Of a stretch of DNA of 64,000 nucleotides, positions 41,807-49,061 are shown piece after piece. Source of the stretch: an uncultured Chloroflexia bacterium (GTDB lineage: Bacteria; Chloroflexota; Limnocylindria; Limnocylindrales; CSP1-4); the NCBI GenBank assembly GCA_963736895.1, contig CAVTQU010000011.1:21153-85152 (forward strand), in the 5' to 3' direction. The position numbers were made by a program, and so were the translations under genes. Under the pieces are notes generated by a model, which ran no database searches, was not told the DNA's origin, and saw only the letters and a list, made by a program, of their open reading frames with translations. Each line of letters starts with the position of its first letter. The first letter of the stretch is position 1.

Positions 41807-42688
41807 TCAGCCGTCGAGTACGGTCAGGTCCATCCGTGCCAGCCGGTCCGGGTCGCCCAGGATGTCGATCTCGACGATCCGCCCCTTCCGAACGGTGAAG
41901 GCGACGACGGCGTAGGGCCGCTCTCCGGCGAAAACAACGAATCCCGCGCCGCCGTTGACCATCGCCGGGCGCGCTCCCTTGGCCAGCGCCCGGAACGAGA
42001 GCGCCTGCTCGAGGACATCGGCGGCCCCGTGCACCTCGGCCCTGCCCAGCGGGAGACGTCCGAAGTCGGCCCGCGCAACGACCTCGGGATCGAGGATGGC
42101 GAGGAGTGCGTCGAAGTCGCCTGCGCGCGACGCAGCCAGGAAGGCGTCGCCGACTTCGCGCTGTTGCCGTATGTCGGCGTCCGACTCCGGTGCGCCCTGC
42201 ACGCGGCGGCGAGCGCGGCTGGCCAGCTGGCGCGTGGCGGTGGGCGTGCGGTCGACGATCGGGGCGATCTCTTCGAACGGAACGGCGAAGACGTCGTGCA
42301 GCACGAATGCCAGCCGCTCGGCCGGCGTCAGCGTCTCGAGCACGATCAGCATCGCCAGGCCGATCGAGTCGGCGAGCAGGGCTTCCTGTTCGGGATCCAT
42401 CCCGCCAGGGCCGCTGACAATCGGCTCGGGGAGCGTGAAGCCGGTGAAATCCTCGCGCCGCGCCTTGCGCGACCGCAATGCGTCAAGGCACAGGCGCGCG
42501 ACAACGGTCGTCAGCCAGCCGCGCAGGTTCTGCACCTCGCTCGTGTCGGAGCGACTCAGCCGCAGCCACGCGTCCTGGATGACGTCGTCCGCCTCGGCGA
42601 CGGAACCGAGCATCCGGTAGGCAACCGCGCGCAGACGCGGCCGCATCTCCTCGAACTGTTCGGCCAGGCCGTCGGTCGTGTCGCTCAT
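41807..42688 (-). CDS. ECF41/SigJ-type sigma factor with C-terminal SnoaL-like extension
   Basis: Start at MSDTTDG. FEEMRPRLRAVAYRMLGSVAEADDVIQDAWLRL...WLTTVVARLCLDALRS...LTPAERLAFVLHDVF. About 100-aa C-terminal extension. Confidence 0.8.
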   Translation of the reverse strand: MSDTTDGLAEQFEEMRPRLRAVAYRMLGSVAEADDVIQDAWLRLSRSDTSEVQNLRGWLTTVVARLCLDALRSRKARREDFTGFTLPEPIVSGPGGMDPEQEALLADSIGLAMLIVLETLTPAERLAFVLHDVFAVPFEEIAPIVDRTPTATRQLASRARRRVQGAPESDADIRQQREVGDAFLAASRAGDFDALLAILDPEVVARADFGRLPLGRAEVHGAADVLEQALSFRALAKGARPAMVNGGAGFVVFAGERPYAVVAFTVRKGRIVEIDILGDPDRLARMDLTVLDG

Positions 42689-42793
42689 TGCGTCGGTCAC
42701 GTTCTCAATGTTGGTTCCGTCAATCAATTGACGAAACAAATGGGCTGCAACGTGACAGCCGTGGATACGTCCGTAAATCCTGGAGGTGCCTTC

Positions 42794-43303
42794 GTGGCCC
42801 ACTCACCGACTCAAAGACCACTCACTCGCGTCCCGGCCTTCATCCGGTTCCCGGGACCCATCATCAACCGTTTGCTTGGACTTGGTCTGCGCATCGGCCC
42901 CAACTGGCTGCTCACTGTGCGCGGCCGGAAGACTGGAGAGCTGCGTACCCAGCCTCTGGCCGTGGTTGAGGTCTCCGGCAGCAAGTACGTGATCGGCACG
43001 TTCGGCGAGGTGAACTGGTGCCGCAACCTGCGGGCAAACCCAGACGCCGAGATCAGTCGCGGCAACCGACACGAGCAGGTGGAGGCGGTCGAGCTAACAG
43101 CCGATGAAGCAGCCGCGTTCTTCCGCGACGGCCTCGTCCCAGAGCTGCCGCACATGTCGTTCGTGTCGCAATTCGCGACCAAGGTGTTCATCGGCTCGGT
43201 TGCACCCGATATCTATACCGACCCGGATGGCGCTGCCCTGCGGCGCCCGGTTTTCCGGCTCGAGCCTCGAGAGGTTGGAGTCGGACAAGAACTGAGCCTC
43301 TAA
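42794..43303 (+). CDS. deazaflavin (F420)-dependent nitroreductase family protein (Ddn-like)
   Basis: GTG at 42794 follows GGAGG. LLTVRGRKTGELRTQPLAVVEVSGSKYVIGTFGEVNWCRNLRANPDAEI. Only the last 170 codons of track ORF 41759..43303 are used. Confidence 0.7.
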   Translation: MAHSPTQRPLTRVPAFIRFPGPIINRLLGLGLRIGPNWLLTVRGRKTGELRTQPLAVVEVSGSKYVIGTFGEVNWCRNLRANPDAEISRGNRHEQVEAVELTADEAAAFFRDGLVPELPHMSFVSQFATKVFIGSVAPDIYTDPDGAALRRPVFRLEPREVGVGQELSL

Positions 43304-43320
43304 AGCCCGGCGGGGCCGTG

Positions 43321-43939
43321 CTAGGACGCTCCGTCCGGCCGGTAGGGCTCGCGGGGTGCGTAGTTGAGGATCACGCCGTCCTTGCCGGGCGTCGAATTCG
43401 ACCAGCTCCCACTTCTGCGCGCCCAGCCCATCACGGAACAGCCGCTTGCCGGTGCCCAGGACCAGCGGGTGAACGATAAGGGCTAGCTCGTCGACGAGGT
43501 TGTTCTTGATCAGTGTCTGGACGAGGTCGCCGCTGCCCAGGACCGAGATCGTGCCACCGTCCTGGTTCTTGAGCTCGCGCAGGCGCTCGACGACGTTGTC
43601 GTTGATCAGCTGAGAGTTCTGCCAGGTGAGAGGCTCGCTCAGCGTTCGGGAGACGACATACTTCGGGCGCGGGTTGAGCACGGCGGCAAACATGTCCGTG
43701 TCCGGTTGGCTTGGCCAGTGGGCGGCCATGATCTCGTAGGTCCTGCGGCCGAACAGGTATGCGTCGGTCGACTGCATCCCTTCGCCGATCTTCTTCATCT
43801 GGGCGTCATCGAATGAGAACTGGCGCTGCCAGCCGCCGTATGGAAAGCCACCGTCACGGTCCTCATCGGGACTTCCCGGTGCCTGCATGACACCGTCCAG
43901 CGTGAGGAACTCACTCACCACGATCTTGCGCACGGGCAA
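43321..43939 (-). pseudogene. RibD_C/dihydrofolate-reductase-like protein, one frameshift
   Basis: RKIVVSEFLTLDGVMQAPG...YLFGRRTYEIMAAHWP...KYVVSRTL...ISVLGSGDLVQTL. A shift near 43405 restores the end STPGKDGVILNYAPREPYRPDGAS, with a stop at 43321. Confidence 0.75.
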
Positions 43940-44052
43940 TTACCTCCAATCAAGCACGATTGTGGGGCCAAAAAGCGCGATCGAGGCCTTAGCCGGTAGG
44001 CATCGACCTATCAGATGGCTCTGGGGTGGCCCGCTCTGGCGGAGCCAGCCGT

Positions 44053-45366
44053 TCAGCTGCCGGCGGTGACTGGCTTGCCCAGTGCCTCGCGGGTCAGGTT
44101 GTAGGCCCTCTCGTGGTCGCCGTCGCTCGCGGCGAGCTCGGCCAGCTCACCAAGGACCTCGGCGAGGCTGTTCTGCGGGCCGTGCTCCCGCAAAAGGGCC
44201 ACGGCACGGTCGTACAGCTGAGCCGCCTCGGCCGCGTCGCCGGCCTGCGCGGAAGCGCGCGCCATGGTGACCAGCGCATCAGTGAGTGCCTTGTGGTTGT
44301 CCGTGGCCTCGGCGCTCTCGACAGCCTGGCCGGCGAGGTCCAGTGCTGACTGGGTGTCGCCGCGCGCGAGCTCGATGCGCGCCTCCGTATCGAGGACGCT
44401 TGCCAGCTCCGTGCCGCCGCGATTGCCTTCCTGGTCGCGGCGCGCTTCGGCGACGAGCTCTGACGCGCGCGTCAGGTTGCCGATTGCCAGATACGCGTTG
44501 GCCAGATTGTTCGCGACGAGCGCGGCTTCGTGGTCGGCGTCGAACGCATGGAACAGCGCGAGGCTCTGGTTGCCTGCCTTGACCGCGGCCTCCACGTCTC
44601 CGCTGCTGAAGTACGCCGTTGCCAGCGCAGAAAGGAACGCCGCACGGCGGCGCCCATCCATGTCGGTGGTCAGCGCCCGCGCTTCCTCGAGGTACGCGAC
44701 CGCCGCCTGGTGCTTGCCCTCCCACGCCTCAACGTACGAGGCCGCGGTCAGCAGACGCATCTCCAGATCCGGGTCGATCTGCATCCCGGCACGCACCCGG
44801 TCGAGCAGGCTGCGCAGGATGCTGCGCGCCTCGGCCATGTTCTCCGACAGGTACTGGGCGTAGGCAAGCCAGTAGCCCGCAAGCATCGAGTCGTGGTCGT
44901 GCTTGGTCAGCTGGAAGATTTCGACCGCCTCGGTGGCTGGCTTGATCGCCTCGAGCCCACGTCCCAGGCGGCACAAGGCTTCGGCCTTGCCGCGCAGCAG
45001 CTCGGCGAGAGCAACCCGCTCGGTTGTGGTTGAGATGAGTGATTCGTAGGCATCGTTGGCGTCCTGCCATTTCCCGGAAGCGGCGAGCAGGTCCGCCTCA
45101 AGCCGCGACCAGCGCGCATCCTCACCGGCGAGGAAGTAGGCGGCGGGCATGTGCAGGCGCTCGGCGATGAAGTTCAAGGCTGCAACTGACGGCTTGGCGT
45201 GGCCCTTCTCGAGCGCGCTCATGTACGCCTTGGTGTAGCGGCCTTCCGCAAGCTGCATCTGGGTCAGGCCGGCGTTGTGGCGCGCGACGCGGATGCGTTC
45301 GCCGATCCTGATGGCGAGCGGGGTTTCGTCAACTACGGTTCGATGGCGCTTGACTATGGGCATCAA
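44053..45366 (-). CDS. XRE-HTH + TPR-repeat transcriptional regulator (RRNPP-like architecture)
   Basis: IGERIRVARHNAGLTQMQLAEGRYTKAYMSALEKGHAKPSVAALNFIAERL, followed by ~350 aa of TPR-like helical repeats. Intact 437 codons. Confidence 0.8.
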   Translation of the reverse strand: MMPIVKRHRTVVDETPLAIRIGERIRVARHNAGLTQMQLAEGRYTKAYMSALEKGHAKPSVAALNFIAERLHMPAAYFLAGEDARWSRLEADLLAASGKWQDANDAYESLISTTTERVALAELLRGKAEALCRLGRGLEAIKPATEAVEIFQLTKHDHDSMLAGYWLAYAQYLSENMAEARSILRSLLDRVRAGMQIDPDLEMRLLTAASYVEAWEGKHQAAVAYLEEARALTTDMDGRRRAAFLSALATAYFSSGDVEAAVKAGNQSLALFHAFDADHEAALVANNLANAYLAIGNLTRASELVAEARRDQEGNRGGTELASVLDTEARIELARGDTQSALDLAGQAVESAEATDNHKALTDALVTMARASAQAGDAAEAAQLYDRAVALLREHGPQNSLAEVLGELAELAASDGDHERAYNLTREALGKPVTAGS

Positions 45367-45475
45367 GCGGGAGTGTATACGGCTGCCACGCGTGTGCTGT
45401 GCTCAGGTGCAACGAATTTCGACGCGGCCTCCGAGGCGGGACCAACGGGTCCAGCCGTGTGGGATTTACGAATAC

Positions 45476-45503
45476 TTGACACCCCCAAGCACCACCCTAC
45501 GAT
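45476..45503 (+). promoter_or_regulatory. sigma-70-like promoter upstream of the 36-codon ORF
   Basis: TTGACA (45476-81), 16-nt spacer, TACGAT (45498-503). Confidence 0.4.
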
Positions 45504-45563
45504 CGGATAATCGAGGTTCGGCCGTGACCGGACGCCGTGATAGGGGGTCAGAAAGGGGAAGCC

Positions 45564-45674
45564 ATGGGCAGGCTTCAGCTGCGCGGCTTGATTGCCGCGG
45601 TGACCGCATTGGTCGCGAGCCTCTGGTTCGCAGCGGTTGCGTTCGCCGGCACCGGCGTGGGTCCCTGGCCTTAG
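45564..45674 (+). CDS. candidate secreted pro-peptide (36 aa), below the ORF-track size cutoff
   Basis: Own translation: MGRLQLRGLIAAVTALVASLWFAAVAFAGTGVGPWP. SD GAAAGGGGAAG lies just upstream. It has a basic n-region, a 20-residue hydrophobic core and an AFA|G cleavage-type site. Confidence 0.35.
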   Translation: MGRLQLRGLIAAVTALVASLWFAAVAFAGTGVGPWP

Positions 45675-45805
45675 GCCAAACCCCGGCGCCAATTCGGCTC
45701 CGATCCATAAGTAAATATCTGCTGTACCAACGGGTTGCTTGGTGCTAGGCTCCGGCCGCCGGACTGATTGATTCACGCCGCTCCGGCGGACGAGGAGGGA
45801 ATGCC

Positions 45806-47326
45806 GTGGCTACGGTTTCCTACATCCCAAACGACCCGATGGCGGTCGGTGGCCCGCCCGTGCACAACGTGCGCGCCGCGGCACTGCCGAGATCCAGCGC
45901 GGGCTTCGACATCCAACCGGCCGCCGACCCAGGCGTCTACCCGAGCCAAACGCCCGAGTTCGATTTCTGGCAGGTACGGGAAGCCCTGATCAAGGGCCTG
46001 AAGCTGTGGCGCGCCGTCGACGGCGCGTACCCGCCTGCGTGGTTTGGTGGGCAGGCTCGATTGAAGGTCCTGACCGATGCCGGCGACGACCTGAACGCCT
46101 TCTACGACAGGCGCAGCCTGCAGTTCTTCCACCACACCTTCGACGGTCAAAAGGTCCACTCGGGCGAGAGCGTCGACGTCGCGGTGCACGAGGAAGGTCA
46201 CGCACTACTCGACATGATCAGGCCCGACTTCTTCGAAGTGCCGTTCATCGAGGTCGGCGCGCTCCACGAGGCGTTCGGCGATTGTGTGGCCATCCTGACG
46301 GCGCTGAGCGACCGGTCGATCCGCGAGGCGGTGCTCAGCACGTCGGCGGACCTGTCATCGAAGCACTTCGTCCAGGCGATGGCCGAGGAGCTGGGCGATG
46401 CCATCCGGCGCGAGTACGGCAATGCCGCGGTGGAAGACGGCGCGCTCCGGAACGCCTCCAATACGCTCAGCTGGTCCGATCCGACAGCATTGCCGCCTGG
46501 TGGCCCGGCGACCACTCTGAGCGGCGAAGTCCACTCGTTTTCGCGCGTTTTCACAGGCGCGTTGTATGACTCGCTGCGCAACATGTACAACGACGGCGGC
46601 ACGGGCTCGGCCGCGAAGCTCGGCCGCGTGACGAAGACCCTGGGCAAGCTCCTGATCGCGGGCGTCCGTGCCGTTCCGGCCACGCCGCGGACGTTCGAGG
46701 GTGTCGGTCGGCGAATGGTCGAGGCCGACGTCACCTCGAACGGTGGCGTCAACGCGGCGGCCATCCGAGCTGCATTCGGAGCGCACGGGATGACACTCCC
46801 CGCGCCGAGAGTGGAGATGGCGGTGCCGGTGAAGCGGCGTACGCGTGGCGGCAGCAGCGCTCAGCTGCGCGAGGAGCTCAACGTTCCGGCAGGCACGCCA
46901 TTGAGCTTCACCCCCGTATCGACGGACGTGAATGGCGACATCTCCCACGTCGTTGCGTACCGGCCGTTGCAGCTGACCGAGGGCGAGCTGAGCGGCGTAC
47001 GGCTGATGGTGCCCGCCACTGCCGCGGTACGCACTCGCGGTCGAACGGTGACCGGCGTAATCGGCGCCATAAAACCGGCCGACCAGGACGTCGAACGTGA
47101 AGGCCGGGCATTCGCGCGAGCCCTGCTCGCCAACGGCGACATTCGAGGAACGGCCGAGCCAACCGGTGCGGCGGGTCGTCGACGGACACGCGGCGCATCT
47201 CCGGTGGGCGTAATCGCGCCGCAACCGCGGCCGGCGTACGCGCCCTTCCCGCCGACCCACGAGGTGAAGATCGTGGGCGGCGAGCCGACGCTGAGTCGCA
47301 TCGGATTTTCCGGCCGCCGGCGCTAG
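45806..47326 (+). CDS. putative cytoplasmic zinc metallopeptidase (HExxH + downstream Glu, thermolysin-like spacing)
   Basis: GTG at 45806 lies 6 nt after GGAGGG. VAVHEEGHALLD...GALHEAFGD, with the third-ligand Glu 27-28 residues after the first His. No signal peptide. Carries a ~175-aa C-terminal extension. Confidence 0.65.
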   Translation: MATVSYIPNDPMAVGGPPVHNVRAAALPRSSAGFDIQPAADPGVYPSQTPEFDFWQVREALIKGLKLWRAVDGAYPPAWFGGQARLKVLTDAGDDLNAFYDRRSLQFFHHTFDGQKVHSGESVDVAVHEEGHALLDMIRPDFFEVPFIEVGALHEAFGDCVAILTALSDRSIREAVLSTSADLSSKHFVQAMAEELGDAIRREYGNAAVEDGALRNASNTLSWSDPTALPPGGPATTLSGEVHSFSRVFTGALYDSLRNMYNDGGTGSAAKLGRVTKTLGKLLIAGVRAVPATPRTFEGVGRRMVEADVTSNGGVNAAAIRAAFGAHGMTLPAPRVEMAVPVKRRTRGGSSAQLREELNVPAGTPLSFTPVSTDVNGDISHVVAYRPLQLTEGELSGVRLMVPATAAVRTRGRTVTGVIGAIKPADQDVEREGRAFARALLANGDIRGTAEPTGAAGRRRTRGASPVGVIAPQPRPAYAPFPPTHEVKIVGGEPTLSRIGFSGRRR

Positions 47327-47379
47327 GGCGAGCGGCGAGAGAGTCGGGTATCGGGGCCGGCGACCGCAACCGGCGGACG

Positions 47380-47853
47380 TCAGTAGGCGGAGAAACCAAT
47401 TCGACGCAACACGCGGCGGCCGCTGGCATCGTCCACGATCTCGTGCGTCGGCCGCGTCGGCGGGCCGTACGAGGCTGCCGTGGCCGCGACACCACGCACC
47501 GCGCCCGATGCGATGAGATTTCGCGCCCACGCCTGGACTTCGCGCGTGATGTCGTCATCCATGGGCGGAGCGGATTCGGCTGTGTCGTCTGTGGCCAGAT
47601 TGACGTGACCGGTCCACGGGACGGGCACGTAAACGTCCGCCAGGGCCGAATCTTCGGACCCGAGCGGCACCAATCGCGACGCGCTGACCTCGTACCCCTC
47701 GTCGGAGGAAGTCGGGCTGGCGGAATCGACCACCTCGACGGGTCCGTCGGCGTCAGGGACGGCGGCCATGAGGCTCCTCTGAAGCTCGTCTTCGGGCGTG
47801 CCGGTCTCATCGGCCGTGTCGGCCCGACGATCCGAGTCGCTGGACGAATCCAT
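47380..47853 (-). CDS. hypothetical acidic protein sharing the C-terminal module of the 45806 metallopeptidase
   Basis: ...DITREVQAWARNLIASGAVRG...PPTRPTHEIVDDASGRRVLRRIGFS aligns with DVEREGRAFARALLANGDIRG...FPPTHEVKIVGGEPTLSRIGFS. The start is uncertain: MDSSS at 47853 or MAAVP at 47769. Confidence 0.5.
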   Translation of the reverse strand: MDSSSDSDRRADTADETGTPEDELQRSLMAAVPDADGPVEVVDSASPTSSDEGYEVSASRLVPLGSEDSALADVYVPVPWTGHVNLATDDTAESAPPMDDDITREVQAWARNLIASGAVRGVAATAASYGPPTRPTHEIVDDASGRRVLRRIGFSAY

Positions 47854-47868
47854 CCCGAGGCATCGTAG

Positions 47869-48990
47869 ATGTTCGAGCTGCAGGTGGTTCAGGCCGAGTT
47901 CGGTGACTGTCTCCTGGTCCGCTACGGAACGTCGACCAGCAACCGCTCGATCCTCATTGACGGCGGCCCGTCGGGGAACTACGAGGCTCATCTCCGCCGC
48001 GTGCTGCGGGACGTGGCGTCGGCGGGCCTGCGGCTGGACCTCGTGGTCCTGAGCCACATCGATAACGATCACGTGAAGGGCTTGCTCGACTTCTTCACCG
48101 AGCTCCAGGACGACGCTGTCGATCCTGTCGCGGCGGCTCGCAGCGGCCTGCCAGTGGTGGCCGAGCTGTGGCATAACACGTTCTCCGTGAGTGCCGGCGG
48201 CGCGGACATCGCCCCGCGCATTCGCGAGGCGCTGGCCATGGCCGGCGGCGGCGCGACCCAGCTAAGGACGCTCACAGGCACGCTGATGGGCGTCGGCGAG
48301 GGCGACGCGCTCGGGGTGGCGGCCGTGGCCCTCGGCGTGCCCATAAATCCGCGCTTTGCCACAGGGTCAGTCCTGCTGGACGACTCCCCCACCATTCGCA
48401 TGTCCGGGCTGCGCATCGACGTCCTCGGACCCAGCACGACGAGCCTTGGGCGGCTGCGCGACGAGTGGCTGACCTGGCTGGCCGCCCACGGCCGCGGTGT
48501 GGCCGCTGGTCGGGGCCTCAGCGCAGCCGCCGCCATCACTGCCGACAACACGATTCCCAACCTGAGCAGCATCGTTCTGCTGGTTCGCGCGCGCGGGCAC
48601 TCAATGCTGCTGACCGGCGACGGGCGCGGCGATCACATCGTCGACGGGATGCGCGAGCGCGGCCTGCTCCCCGCGCAGGGCGGCAACTTCCACGTCGATC
48701 TGCTTAAGGTGCCGCACCACGGCAGTGCGCGCAATGCGACAGAGGAGTTCTTCGCGACCGTAACCGCCGATCGATACGTCATCTCCGCCAACGGCCGCTA
48801 CGGCAACCCGGATCTGCCGTGCCTGATTTCGATCGTCGATGCCGCGGCCGGCCGGCCGATCGAGCTCGTCTGCACCAACAAGACCGATTCGCTGCGCGAT
48901 CTAGTCAAGGAGAGACCAGCGGCCAAACACGGCTACAGGATCACCACGATGAAGTCCAAGTCCAACGTGATGACGGTCGCCCTCGATTAG
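47869..48990 (+). CDS. MBL-fold metallo-hydrolase (ComEC/Rec2 C-terminal-domain type), soluble
   Basis: ILIDGGP...LVVLSHIDNDHVKG...MLLTGDG...LLKVPHHGS. 373 codons, intact. Confidence 0.75.
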   Translation: MFELQVVQAEFGDCLLVRYGTSTSNRSILIDGGPSGNYEAHLRRVLRDVASAGLRLDLVVLSHIDNDHVKGLLDFFTELQDDAVDPVAAARSGLPVVAELWHNTFSVSAGGADIAPRIREALAMAGGGATQLRTLTGTLMGVGEGDALGVAAVALGVPINPRFATGSVLLDDSPTIRMSGLRIDVLGPSTTSLGRLRDEWLTWLAAHGRGVAAGRGLSAAAAITADNTIPNLSSIVLLVRARGHSMLLTGDGRGDHIVDGMRERGLLPAQGGNFHVDLLKVPHHGSARNATEEFFATVTADRYVISANGRYGNPDLPCLISIVDAAAGRPIELVCTNKTDSLRDLVKERPAAKHGYRITTMKSKSNVMTVALD

Positions 48991-49061
48991 CACCTGCCCC
49001 ACACGCCTGAGCACTGGTGGGAGCCGGCGTGGCGGAGAGAGGTGGAGTATCGGCGCCGCTG

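Noticed and set aside
41759-42793. N-terminal 345 codons of the 514-codon plus-strand ORF
   Set aside because: It is antisense to the SigJ-type sigma factor gene. Only the last 170 codons, from a GTG with an SD at 42794, match the Ddn-like family.
47087-47553. Diversity-generating retroelement (TR/VR pair) or invertible shufflon as the explanation for the inverted repeated 3' modules
   Set aside because: There is no reverse transcriptase, Avd-like gene or site-specific recombinase anywhere in the window. Differences between the copies are not adenine-specific and include a 21-codon indel.
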